The notes under the pieces: generated by a model | Told to the model about the DNA's origin: nothing | Seen by the model: the letters and a program-made list of their open reading frames with translations, nothing else | The model's database searches: none | Program-made: the position numbers and the translations under genes | Source of the DNA: Chiloscyllium plagiosum | Lineage: Eukaryota | DNA: 64,000 nt | Reading direction: 5' to 3' | Assembly (NCBI RefSeq): GCF_004010195.1 | Contig: NC_057718.1 | Span: forward strand, 44,616,143 to 44,680,142 | Shown here: positions 26,137 through 38,995 of the stretch, piece after piece | Layout of the letters: the number at the start of each line of letters is the position of its first letter | Position numbering within the stretch: the stretch's first letter is position 1

Positions 26137-27064
26137 CTTCTTAACCTCAGGTTTAAATGATTGTTAAAGGATTTTATTGATTGACACCTTGTGACAGTGA
26201 ATTGGTCAACTGCCCCACAACCTATCTCCATTAAAAGGAGATGTGGGTGAGTTAGGATCAATCTGGGGTTGAATTTGAAGCTTCAAAATATCTATTTCTC
26301 ACCCAACCTGAACTTACCTCTTCTTGGAAATTAAAATACTCCTGAATGGCACAAATTGGAGACAAATCAAAGTCCCAAGGACTTTAAATTAGTCAAAGGT
26401 GGGGACGACTCCAGAGAGGTTATTAAAGTTTCCAGAATAAGTGATTGGACAGAGAGTATGGAAGGATCAGGAATCTAACTTAATGCACAGCAGATAAAGG
26501 GACAATTATGAGAAGAGGTACAGTCAATGCAGGACTGAGAGTGTTGTAATTAAATGCATGTAGTGTGCAAAACAAGGTAAATGAGCTTATAGCAGAAAAT
26601 AAAATTGGTAGCTATCACATTGTGGGTATCCCAGCGACGTAGCTGCAAGATCAGGCTGGGATCTAAACATTGGAGGACAGGCAGATGGGCAGGGGAGGCA
26701 GGTTGCCATGTTAGCAATAAAGAAAATATTAATAGCAAGAAGTGATTACAGGGTCAGATGGTGTAGAATCTGTGTGTGTAGAGTTAAAGAATCACAAAGG
26801 AAAAAGACCCTGATGAGAGTTATGTACAGACCTGTTAGCAGTATTCAAGATGTTGGACTGAAAATAAATCAGGAGACAGAAAAGCTGTGTAAGAAAGGTG
26901 GTATTATAATAAAACATGGGCGACATCAATCTGCACATGGACTGGGACAATCAGATTGGCCGAGGGTCCCAAGATATTGTGATATTTGTGGGGCAGTTTG
27001 TGGTAGGGTCCACTCAGGAACAAGCAGTTCTGGAGTTGGTGATGTGTAATGAGGCAAATTTGGG

Positions 27065-27392
27065 TAGAATCCCTACAGTGTGGAAACAGGCCATTTGACC
27101 CACCAAGTCCACACCAACCCTTTGAAGAGTAACCTACACAGGCCCATTCCCCTACCCTATTACTCGACATTTCCCCTAACCAATGCACTACACCTACATA
27201 TTCCTGAATACTATGGGCAATTTAGCATAGTCAATTCCTCTAACCTGCACATCTTTGGACTGTGGGAGGAAACCCATGCAGGCAAGGGAAAAATGTGCAA
27301 ACTCCACACAGACAGTTACCCGAAGTTGGGATCGAACCTGGGTCCCTGGTGCTGTGAGGCAGCAGTGCTAACCACTGAGCCACCTTGCCACC
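27065..27392 (-). mobile_element. HE1-type V-SINE
   Basis: Reverse complement starts ggcaaggtggctcagtggttagcactgctgcctcacagc; B box GGTTCGATCCC; V-domain. Confidence 0.92.
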
Positions 27393-27445
27393 TTGATTTT
27401 ACTAGGGAGCTTAGGGAACCCCGAGGGGGCACTGACCATCATATA

Positions 27446-27760
27446 GGCGGCATGGTGGCACAGTGGTTAGCACTGCTGCCTCACAGTGCCAGAGACCCGG
27501 GTTCAATTCCCGACTCAGGCGACTGACTGTGTGGAGTTTGCACATTCTCCCCGTGTCTGCGTGGGTTTCCTCTGCGTGCTCCGGTTTCCTCCCACAGTCC
27601 AAAGATGTGCAGGTCAGGTGAATTGGCCATGCTAAATTGCCCGTAGTGTTAGGTAAGGGGTAAATGTCGGGCAATGGGTGGGTTGTGCTTCGGCAGGTCG
27701 GTGTGGACTTGTTGGGCCGAAGGACCTGTTTCCACACTGTAAGTAATCTAATCTAATCTA
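27446..27760 (+). mobile_element. HE1-type V-SINE, young
   Basis: A box TGGCACAGTGG 27456-27466, B box GGTTCAATTCC 27500-27510, (TAATC)n tail, TSD atcatat (27438-27444 and 27761-27767). Confidence 0.95.
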
Positions 27761-29749
27761 ATCATATGATAGAATTCACCCTGCAGTTTAAGAGGGAGAA
27801 GCTGGAATCAGCTGTAATGGTAATACGGTTGAGTAAAGGTAACTGTAAAGACAGGAGAAAGGAACTGACTAGAGTTGATTTGGAGGGCAGCCCAGCAGGC
27901 GGATGATGGAATAGCAATGACAGAGATTTCTGATGGTAATTCAGAAGGCATAGCAAAATTTCATCCCAAGGAAGAAGAAACATACTAAGGGGAGGACAAG
28001 GCAACCATGGCTGACAAGTGAAGTCAGTGACGGCATAAAAGCTAAAGAAAAAGCATACAGTGTGGTGAAGATTAATGAGTAACAGTACGAATGGGAAGCC
28101 TTTGCAGCAAATTTCATATTGGAAGACACCAGCAGCACACGAGAACGTCAAGACATTCGGGGCAGAGGTGAATGTAGTGGCCATCACAAAGGAGAAAGTG
28201 CTGAGGAAGCTGAAAGGGCTGAAAATGGATGAATCCATGGGTGAAAATGGATGGGTCAGATGGGCTACACCCATGGTTCTGAAGGAAATAGCTCAGGAGA
28301 TTGTGGAGATATTGGTGGTGACGTTTTAGTGATCACTGGAGTCAGGGAGGGATGCAAAAGACTGGAAAATGGCCAATGTGCCATTGCTGTTTAAGAAGGG
28401 AATAAGGCACGAGACAGAATATTAGAGGCTGGTTAGCCTGATCTCCATTATCGGTAAAATTTTAGAGCCCATTATTAAGAATGAGATTACACTCTTGAAG
28501 GTGCATGCTAAAATGGGGCTTAGTCAACACAGTTTCATCAAGGGGAGGTCATTCCTGACTAGTCTTTAGAACTTTTTGAGGAGGTAACAAGTAGGTTAAC
28601 CAAAGGAAAGACAGTTGATGTTATCCCTTTGGACTTCCAGAGGCCTTTGATGCTGCACTGGATGCTGCTAAATAGAACAAGAGTCCACAGTGTTAGAGGC
28701 AAGATACTGGTGTGGATGAAGGATTAGCTGATTGGCACAAGAGTTCTTTTTCAGGATTGCAGCCGGTGACTAGTGGAATTCCACAGGGATCGATGTTGGG
28801 ACCACAACTATCCACATTGTACATTAATGTTCTGGACAAAGGAACTGAGGGCATTGTTGCTAAGTTCGTAGATGAGACAAAGATAGATGGAGGGGTAGGT
28901 AGTTTTCAGGAGGTGGGGAGGCTGCAGAAGTACTTAGGCAGGCAATGAGAGTGGGCAAAGAAGTGGCAGAGAGAATACAATAACGGATAATGTGAACACT
29001 ATGGTAGGAAGAATAATGGAAAAACTTTCCAAAATTTGAAGCACAAAGAAACTTGGGAGTTCCAGTTCAGGAGTTTTTTAAGGTCAACTTATGGGTTCAG
29101 TTGCCAGTGCAAGTGCAATGTCCGCATTCATTTTAAGAAGGCTAGATTACAATATCAGAGATATATTGCTGAGGCTGTATAAGGCTGTATTCAAACCACG
29201 TTTGGAATATTGCAAGCAGTTTTAGATGCTGTACCTAAGGAAAAATGTGCTGACATTCAACGGGTTCCAAAGGTGGTTCACAAGAATGATCCCAGGGATG
29301 AAGTGCTTGTCATATTGCGGAATAGTTGTGGATTTTGGGACTGTGGTTGATGGAGTTTAGAACACTGAGGGGGGTCTCAATGAAACTTATAGAATACTGA
29401 AAGGCCCGTATAGAATGAATGTGGCTCGGAGTGATGAGATGACCTTCCGAACTGAGATGTGGAACAATTTCTTCAGCCAGAGGGTGGTTGATCTGGGAAC
29501 TCATTGTCACAGAAAACTTGGAGGGCAAATCATTGAGTGTATGCCTGAGATGAAGAGATTTTTGATTAGTAAAGAGATAAAAGTTTACATGGAGAAGGCA
29601 GGAGAATGGGGTTGAGAAACATGTCAGCCATGATTGAATAGTGCAGCAGACTCAATAGGCTGCATGGCCTCATTCTACTTCTTTATCTTACAGTCTTATG
29701 ATTGGAGAATATTTTCTTCAAAAACCTAAGAAAGAAAAATCCTTTTCCA

Positions 29750-30746
29750 TCTGAAAATAAGATCCATTTTTTGCTGAACTTGAAAGTATTAGTGAAAGTT
29801 CTGTTCATATTGATAAGGCAATCAAGAAAATAATGAAGCAGGGAAGATTCACTATGGTGTGGAGACACATTATATAAATGCTAAACTGTTGATGAATGTT
29901 GATTTCATTACTAATAATGAGTTTAAAAAATATGTACCTTTAGTTGAAATGCTGAAATATAGTCAGAGAATGCAATAAGTTTCAAATCCTTGTCTGTTTT
30001 ATCTTAAGTGTTCAATGTTAGCCATATTAATACGAGCCTTGCAAATCCCATACATGATTCCATAATTCTCAATGAACATCTATGCTAGCTGAATATTTCC
30101 TTGCAAATGCAAGCTCTTTTTCTGAAAGAATATTTGAATTCTTTATTCTGCATCACAAAGAATGTGTTTGGAACTCTTGTAACTGCTGTTTGTCCAAACT
30201 ATGGCTATGAATCGAAAACTGAAATTGTTGGAAAAGCTCCGCAGGTCTAACAGCATCTGTGGAGAGATATCAGAGTTAATGTTTTGGGTCTCATCACCCT
30301 TCCTCAGAACTCTTTTGGTTTGTACTTAGGGCTATGAATGCTGTTATGATGTTGTCCTTCTTCAACCTGGCATTGTCAGAAATTACTTTTACAATTTACA
30401 ACCAGGTCATGGGTAGAATTTCACAATGAATCAGAATATTCACATAGACATGCAAAAGACATAAATGCTCGGTTCTGCATCTGCCAAAAGTTAAGGCACT
30501 GATTTGATTTGTTGAAGGTATAAAGCAATGTTACAGATCAAAATTGAAATCAGATCAAATAGAAATTGAAGTGAATGAACTCGAAACTACATTCCTTCAC
30601 AGCAGCATTATCTTATGACCTGTGAATTTAGAAAGATTTTATCTGACGACGGTTTCTGATGGAAATTGTCTTTCGATCTCCCAAAAAAAAAAGTTTCTTT
30701 GTTTGGCTTTGAATACTATTCATTTCTTTATTACTGTTGATGGTTG
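29750..30746 (-). other. KCNK2: Presumed KCNK2 3' UTR (end undetermined)
   Basis: AT-rich, mostly non-repeat sequence after the stop codon. Candidate AATAAA on the minus strand at 30142-30147. Bounded by a CR1 3' end at ~29700. Confidence 0.5.
30214..30313 (-). mobile_element. Short PLE-derived repeat with inactivated hammerhead motif
   Basis: Minus strand reads AGAGTT CTGAGGA A GGGT gatgag ACCC AAAA CATT AACTCT, then cagatgctgttagacctgc...ttccaac. Confidence 0.7.
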
Positions 30747-31061
30747 CTACTTGATATCTTCAATTACTGAGATCTCTCCACTGGCATTCTGAGAACATAA
30801 GCCATTTAGATAAAGACTACCATTTTTCGACAAAGTTGGCAGAGTATCTTTCTCATCAGTGAGGTTAACAGACAATGTTCTTTTGCCTGGAGTTAACTCT
30901 TGCGTTTGCTGCCCTCCTAGTTCTGAGGACAGTTTCCTTTTGATGGATGCAGCTCTCTGGAACTTGTCATGAATTTCTACACTCAGCCTTCTGCGAGTCT
31001 CTTTCAAATCTGCTGTGACATTGGCTGTCCATTCAGCTGCATGAGCCCTCATCTCTCCAAC
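30747..31061 (-). CDS. KCNK2: KCNK2/TREK-1 last coding exon (cytoplasmic C-terminus and stop)
   Basis: tttttag|GTT GGA GAG ATG..., giving [47 protein letters not shown]...ISVIEDIK*. The short tail ending -VIEDIK matches TREK-1 (-VIENIK), not the long TREK-2 tail. Confidence 0.96.
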   Translation of the reverse strand, partial: VGEMRAHAAEWTANVTADLKETRRRLSVEIHDKFQRAASIKRKLSSELGGQQTQELTPGKRTLSVNLTDEKDTLPTLSKNGSLYLNGLCSQNASGEISVIEDIK

Positions 31062-32054
31062 CTAAAAAGCAAAAGAAAATGTATCCCCATAATGTATTTT
31101 AATTACCAAGCACAACATATTTTGATATGGGAAAAAAGATTCAAAAAATGCTTGAGTACAAAAGTATAACTGGATCACACAATGCTTTGCCAAAAGTGAC
31201 TATTAAAGTTGTACAATAGTAATTAGGTAATAATTTGATAAAGGAATAATTCAATGTGAAAGGGTCAAGTAAAAGGTTGTTGAGGAGCTTGCATTGGTAC
31301 ACGTTTGATGGGTGAACTACCTTATTTTATGTTGCAACTTCTATGATTTACAATGGAATTAATTTTAATTTCTATCATGAAGAAAACACGCTTTCAGACT
31401 AGTCCCAGATTTCAAAGGTAGTCTAATGAACATTTTTTTTTAATTTTAGGAAGCTGAGTAAATAATTTGCTCAGAGAATTTCTTGATCACAATATATGCA
31501 AGAGCACAATATCTACTGATTTTAATTAAAATCAGACAGTAGAATTCTTGCTTACATGTGACTTCAAAAAGCTCTAATAAATTATACAAATGATCAACTA
31601 GTAAGCTAGTATGTCAAAGCCAGTAATGATTGACACAATAGTTAAAGAGACTGATGAATCGCTGAGAGAGAACAAAAGTAATTGCCCAACTCTTATTCCC
31701 ATTCCTGCTAAGCAACAATGAAGCAAATCAAAAAGAAAAACCTCTGCACAATTTCGGTCCAGCACAGAAAAACACATACAATATAGAAACTGCATGACTA
31801 AAGAAAATTACAGAGGTGCACTAAATGAAGTAGGAAAAGGCGGATCCATTGTAATGAAATCAAAGGCAAACAGAGGAGAGCACCAGATGCAATTACTGTG
31901 CCACTTACGAATTAGCTGCTTGGATTGGTTGCAAGCCACTTTTAAATTTCATGTAAAATGTAAGCCATCAAGTTAATGGCGTGGATTTTGTGATAATAAC
32001 AACAGTGAAACTATCAGGATACCTCAGACAGCAAATTCTGTCTTTGCACAAAGA

Positions 32055-34290
32055 ATCATAGAGTTGTACAGCATAGAAACAGACCCTTTGGTCCAACTCG
32101 TCCATGCTGACCAGATATGTAAAACTAATCTAGTCCCATTTGCCAGCATTTGCTCCATATCCCTCTAAACACTTCCTATTCAAGTAACCATCCAGATGCC
32201 TTTTAAATGCTGTAATTATACCAGCCTCCACCACTTCCACTGCCAGCTCATTCCACACACACATTGCCCTCTAAGTGAAAATGTTGCCCCTTAGATCCCC
32301 TTTTAATCTTTCCCCTCTCACATTAAGTCTAGGCCCTCTAATTTTGGACTCCCCTACCCTAGGAAAAAGACCTTGACTATTCACCCAATCCATGCCGCTC
32401 ATGATGTTATAAACCTCTACAAGATCACCCTTCAGTCTCCAACGCTCCAGGGAAAATAGCCACAGCCGATTCAGCCTCTCCCCATAGCTCAAGCCCTCCA
32501 ATCCCGGCAACATCCTTTTAAATCTTCCCGAACCCTTTTAAGTTAAACAACATTCTTCCTATATAAGGGAGACCAGAGTTGAATGCAAGTAGCCTAACTG
32601 ATGTCTTGTATAGCTGCAAGATGACATCCCAACCCAATAAAGGCAAATGAACTAAACACCTTCTTCACCACCCTGTCCACCTACAACTCGACTTTCAAGG
32701 AACTATGAACCTGCATGCCTAGATCTCTCTGTTGGGCAACTCTGCCCAGGGCCCCACCATTAAATGTGTATGTTCTGTTCTGATTTGCCTTAGCAAAATG
32801 TAACACCTCACATTTATCGAAATTAAATTCCACCTGCCACTCCTTGGCCCATCGGATCTGTTCTACCTTGAGGTAACCTTCTTCACTGTCCACTACACCT
32901 CCAATTTTGGTGTCATCTGCAAACTTAGTAACTATACCGCCTATATTCATATCCAAATCATTTCTATAAATGATGAAAAGCAACTGACCCAGCATGAATT
33001 CTTATGGCACACTGCTGGTCACAGACTTCTAATCCGAAAAACAAGCCTCCACCACCACCTAGGCATCCTACCTTCAAGCCAATTTTGTATCTAAGTGGCT
33101 CACTCTCTCTGGATTCCATGTGATCTGACCTTCTTCAACAGTCTACCATGCGGAACTTGGTTGAACACCTTGCTGAAGTAAACAGAGACCACGTCCATCA
33201 CTCTGCCTTTATCAATCCTCTTTGTCACTTCTTCAAAAGCCTTGTTAGTGAGACATGATTTTCCATGCACAAAGCCATGTTGACTATCCCTAATCAGTCC
33301 TTGTGATTCTAAATATGTGTAAGTCCTGTCCCTCAGAGTCCCCTCCAACTTACCCACCACTGATGTCAGGCTCATTGATCTGTAGTTCCCTGGCTTTTCC
33401 TTAACCATCTCTCTTAAATAATGGCACCACACTAACCACCCTCCAGTCTTCTGACACCTCACCTGTGGCTATCAATGATACAAATAGCTCAGCAGTGAAA
33501 CCAGCAATCACAATCCAGCTTCCCACAAAGTCTAGGATACACATAATCCAGTCCTGGGGATTCATCCACCTCTATGCGTTTTAAAGCGTCCAGCACCTCC
33601 TCCTCTCTAATAGTGACACTTTCAAAGTTATCATTATTTATTTCTACACATTCTATATCTTCCAATTCCTTCTCCACAGTAAATACTGACATGAAATACT
33701 CATTTAGTGTCTCACCCAAATCCTGCGTTTCCACACATAGGCAATCTTATTGATATTTAAGGGATCCTCTTCTCTCCCTAGTTACAGTTTTGTCCTTAAT
33801 TTATTTGTAAAATCTCTTTGGATTCTCTTTAACCCTATTTAGCTTAACTATCTCAAGTTCCCTTTTACCCTCCTAATTTTCCCTTGAGTATATTCCTATT
33901 CCCCTCTCTAAGAATTCACTCCACCCCAGCTGTCCATACCTGCCACATCTTCCTTTTTATTTCTTGACTAGAGTCTCAATTTTTCTAGTCATCCAGCATT
34001 TCCTATACCTATCAGCCTTGACCATCACACGAACAGGGACATACTATCTCTGGACTCTCAATATCTCTTTTTTAAGGACTCCCACTTTCCAACCATCCCT
34101 TTACAGGTGAATAGTCTCTTGCAATCAACTTTTGAAATAACACCATCAAAATTGTCCTTCCTCCAATTTAGAACTTTACCTTTTAGATCAGGTCTATCCT
34201 TTTCCATAACTACTTTAAAACTAATAGAATTATGATCGCTGGCCTCAAAGTGCTCCCAGACAGATACCTCAGTCACTTGCTTTGCCTCAC
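32055..34290 (-). mobile_element. CR1 LINE (end of endonuclease, RT, 3' tail) in KCNK2 intron
   Basis: SDHNSISF, PGNYRSMSLTSVVGK, KFADDTKIGG, LERWRLKGDL. Confidence 0.93.
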
Positions 34291-35585
34291 CTACATGCAC
34301 AGCTATATATGGAAATCTGTGAAAATGTGTCATTAAATGTGTATGTTATTTCTATGATATAATTGGTTGAGGATAGAATATAGTTGACATACTTAAGATT
34401 AAATGGGATTTCAATAGCATCATGACTGATATTTAGTGATGAACAACCTTTCTAGTGATGGAAAATTAATTTCATAAATGTGATGTCTCATTCCTTCATC
34501 AGAAAATTATCCTTTATCTGACTGCCTCAATCGTGCCTGTATTAACTGTTATCTTGGTTCCTGTGCATGATTTTGTATGTCATTTATATTTTGTCCTGTT
34601 TACTTCCTGGTTTGTAATCCATATGGAGCACTAAGCTTTCTTCAGTTTAATTCATTAAAGAGCCTTGCTGTTGCTTGCCCTGTTCAGAAACAACATAACT
34701 TCTATGGACAGGGTCCTGAGCAGTTGTCAGGTGATTGAAAATCCCCTTTGACAAAATTGTGAAAAGTCTGTTGGAAATTATACACCAGGGAAATATCAAA
34801 AGCCATTCTTAACTGCTGAGAGAAAATTCAACTTGATAGTATGATAATATGTTGTGCCTGAAAAATACAGCTGTAATTTTAAAAAGGCTGAATTTCTCAG
34901 AAAGCAACATGTACCGTTTTGTGGGGGTACTGAGAAAGGATAAAGTCAGGGTCGCATGAGCTAAACCACAGAAACTGGAACTTGGGGATGAAGCCCTGAA
35001 CCACTGCGACACTGTGAATTCCAACAAATCAAACTAGACAGTTGGTATTCATTTGGAATGTGCTTTAGACTGATAGATAAAGGTGAGGCCAAAATGTACT
35101 CACTGGTCTTATTCAGATAATTCTGGCCTCTGCAACTGTTGAGGATGGGAATACTGATAGAGCTTCGTCCTCCCATCAGTTGATTAATTGTCTTCCATTA
35201 ATCAGCACTTGATGTGATAGGAATGCAAAGATTTATCCTGGTCTGTTCACGGAGGATCACTCAGTTATCTCTAACAACATTTCATTTGGCTTTAGTTTAC
35301 AAGTAATTCTGTTGAAAGTTTCACAATTATTGACTCCTCATCAGCTGCTCCAACTACCATGGTGTTCTAAAATCTTCATTGAAGCAGGTTGATGGTGCTG
35401 GGTTATGGAGTTACAGATTGTGGCTGTGTATAATTGTGCTGGTCTTGCTGATATCCAGCTGCACCTTTGGGACATATGACTATGAAGTATCACATCTGTT
35501 CTTAATCCATTACATTTATTCACATAATGAAATGGAGGGAGACCTTAGTGTGAAAAAGGAATTTGGTCTCAATGAGGACTCACAT

Positions 35586-35632
35586 TCTCTCTTTCTCTTT
35601 CTCTCTCTCTCTCTCTCTCTCTGACACACACA
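35586..35632 (+). repeat. (CT)n microsatellite followed by short (CA)n
   Basis: Directly visible. Confidence 0.9.
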
Positions 35633-35639
35633 AACTCAT

Positions 35640-36295
35640 TCATTCACTCACTCAATCTCTCTCTCCCCTTACCACTCCCATGAACGCGCACACATGTAAG
35701 TCTATAGGGTGAATTTGCATTTACAGAATTGCAATTGTAGATACATTTTATTTTGTTCAAAAAAGCACATAATCTGCAGGTAGTCAATCCATATGACATT
35801 TTACAAATTCTTACTTTGGAAACAGAACCACTCCGACTCAACATTGGAATACAGACAGACTCCAACCTCACACCTTCAATGTATTGTCTAAGCTGAGGTG
35901 TCACTTTTTAAAAATCAAACCTTAAATTATCTCAGGAATGTGACTTGAAAGAAGTTCTGGGATTTACATATTAATGAATTGATACCTGCAACCCATTCTA
36001 AAAGATGAAAGACTTATCAGCAATTTATGTTTGTTCAATGTATCTTATCAGTTGCATGACACAGAGATCTTTTGTTATAAATTCTGTGTCTCTTAATCCT
36101 GCCCCACTTGTTGAATGGCGGTGCAGGCTCAAAGGGCTGAATGGCCTACTCCTGCACCTATTGTCTATTGTCTATTGTCTATTGTTACCCGATGAAGGAG
36201 CAGCACTCCGAAAGCTAGCACTTTCAAATATAACAGTTGGATTATAACCTGGTGTTGTATGATTTTTAACCTTGTCCACCACAGCCAAATAGCGG
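35640..36295 (+). mobile_element. Penelope-like element 3' region with degenerate hammerhead (36186-36220) and a ~75-bp CR1 tail inserted at ~36110-36185
   Basis: cCGATGA aggagcagcactcc GAAA GCTA followed by gttggattataacctggtgttg; same family as the arms at 2584-2774. Confidence 0.65.
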
Positions 36296-38639
36296 CAAAT
36301 TAATATCTTTGATTTCTATCATTTTGCCAATTTTTCATCTGTGATTCCACCAACTTCAATTTTATAGTACTTTTGCCAAGACCTTTCAAAAGTTCAAACA
36401 AATAATGCCAACTGCACTAGTCTTAAATGTTTTAAATTCCTACCAAAGTACCTCATCTTCCATTTGTCTATCTTTGTTGTAAATACGATACAGGAAATGT
36501 CGACCATGTATTGTTTGTCTTATCTTTGCCAATGCAAGTTAAGGACCATTAATTGTGTATAGCTCAGAGGTTGATATGCTCTTTTTTTTAAATACAAGGC
36601 ACTGCAAAATTCAATGGCCTGATATGATATGGGGGCAGGAACTGCCCATGTGATGCCAAAAATGGTTGAAGAATATAATAATACTGGAGATGCAGAGGTT
36701 CTACCAAATGTAACAGCAGGGCCTTGTTAAAATTTCTTGGCTCTGTTTCACACCTATCAAGTGGATACGCTGGTCAACAGATGGGAGTGAATACCAGCAG
36801 CAGGAGGTCACTGCTGAGGATCCTTGGAGATAGTAGGACCCTTTTTATCAGGAAAAGAAGAACCCTCTGATAGGGTATGGTTAAATGGGAGTAGGCCACC
36901 CAGCATTGCTGGAGTGAAGTCAGCAATTGTGGCTGGGTGTTGTGGTGCTGTTGAGGTTTGACAGGGCATGGCTGTCCACCAGGATTGGTGCGAACTAAAA
37001 TGTTCCTTGAGTAGCTGGGAGGGACACTGCTTCTTCTTGTGCTGAAAGAAGCACTTATCTCCTGGAGCCAGAGAACCTTAACTTTCTTTTACTGCTGGAT
37101 TTCCTGACATCTTGAAAATCACACAGCAATAACAAAACTTTAACACATAATTCCAAATAGTTCCCTGTATAAACTTAATCATTCAATGTCCCATATCTCC
37201 ACAGCAGAACAATCACACTCTCCAATATCCATTTTCAAACTGAAGTGTTTGCACAGCAGATTAAGGTATGGTCCCTGTACAAATATCCCCCATTTAAAGT
37301 ACATTTAAGAGCTTCTATTGGACCACAGTCTTGTAAATGCAGGAACTTACCAAGTAGACCTGCTCCCTTTGACCTACAGTTTCCTGTAACAAGATTACTG
37401 CACAAATGTTAACTGCATTTTAACTCTGCATGATTTTAAAACACATCCAAGTTCTGAGCTCACCACATTCTTCGCCCAAACCTCTTACTCCCTCCCACTC
37501 ACTGCTTCCTTTTCCTGACCCCCTCACTCCTTTCAACTTGTTGTTGCTCTCCTGACCTTCTTAATACTTTCCGCTCATTGTCTCCATCATTGCCTGATTC
37601 ACCATTTCTCACTGCACCTCTGCCTCTGGGCTCAGGAAAGAGCCAGCAAGAGTGAAGCAGTGAGGCAGGCCCTGAGAGGAACAGTAAGTGGGAGGAACTG
37701 TGGGGTGGCAAGCAAATTGGCGAATGGAGCAGTCAGAGGAGTGGGAGGAGACTGAGATGGGCAGGGGAGCAGGAAAGGAGCACGGTTCAGGAGAAGAATG
37801 GAGTGAGTGGTCAGGAGTGAGGGGTTCAGGAGAGGCAAGTGGTGAGCTGGATGGGCTGAGGGCAAGAGACAGCAAGGAGATTGAGAGAGGGAAGTGACAA
37901 GTGGTAAGTAAGTAGGAAAAGTGGTAAGTAAGTAGAAAGAGTGGTTCGTTGATCGTAGAAACAGGAATTAGTAAGTAATAGAAGAAATACAAATACAGTG
38001 TTTAGGCCAGTTAGATTCAAGGTAGCCAATTGATTTTCAATGTAAACATTTCAGTTCAGTTCAGGTCAGAACTGTAACTCACCCTTATTATATCCTTTCA
38101 TAATGTCAAAATCAATGTTGCTGATGGAACTCGATGGGGAAAGGGGCCTGGCACTGCTACACTATAAGAGCACATTAAAGTTGTCAGCTGTGGCAGTCAC
38201 CAAATTAGAAATTTGGTGAAGGAGTCAACATAGAGTGACTTGATTCCTGATTTCTCTATTAGCTGTGGCTGAAAGCTGTTCCATCATTCCTCCATTCAGA
38301 GATGATAGAATGAACAAAACATTACTGAGTTGTGAGGTGAATGACAATATTCGTCTTAACTCGTAAATTTAAACCTCTGCAGTTGATTTAAAGACAAGAA
38401 ACAACCCAGCAGGACAGATGAAGAGACAAAATATTTTAAATTGACAAGAAACTTCTACTGAAGTTGGCAAGGTGTAAGTTAAATTGCACAGAATTGAAGA
38501 AGCAGACTACAGTTTAATCAACTATTGCTGCACTCTGTAAGATGAAGACATTGATCAAAAATAGATATGCAGCCCATGAAGTTGGATCCAATCCTAAGAG
38601 TCCAGATTTCAGCACTGAAATCAAATACTATTCAAATAC

Positions 38640-38995
38640 TTTATTTATGGCATTCTTGCTTTCAAGTCAGAAGGTTGTAGGTTCAACTTTCACTCCAGAA
38701 TATAAATATAAGTGGCACAGAGAGCAGTGATGTACTATTATAAATAAAGTTTTAGTTAAAATATTAAATTAGTATTCAATCCATCTGTTCAAGAGGACAT
38801 CCTACACAGATCCTGCAGCACTATTTGAACAGGTGACACCCTTCCATCTAATATTATTTCTTTAACCATTATTGTCGATATGTTGTACTTTTTGTAAATT
38901 ATGAATCTCGCTACATACAGTTTGACTGCCATATTTATGTATGATACAACAGTACACTTCATATCTTTGAAGACTCTTTGATGCTATATAAATTT
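38640..38995 (+). mobile_element. Old Deu-type SINE relic
   Basis: agtcagaaggttgtaggttcaa B-box-like head; decayed Deu domain; gatgctatataaat tail. Confidence 0.45.

Larger units (their letters stand above)
26350..29700 (+). mobile_element. Long degenerate CR1 LINE (APE endonuclease, RT, 3' tail)
   Basis: LNACSVQNK, MGDINLHMDW, VTSGIPQGSMLGPQL, KFVDETKI; tcttacagtcttatg tail. Confidence 0.92.

Noticed and set aside
27446..27520. tRNA-like sequence with A and B boxes
   Set aside because: It is the head of an HE1 SINE, followed by the V-domain and a LINE-like tail, not a tRNA gene.
37499..38029. Several overlapping ORFs up to 127 aa
   Set aside because: Explained by low-complexity purine/pyrimidine bias that lacks stop codons.
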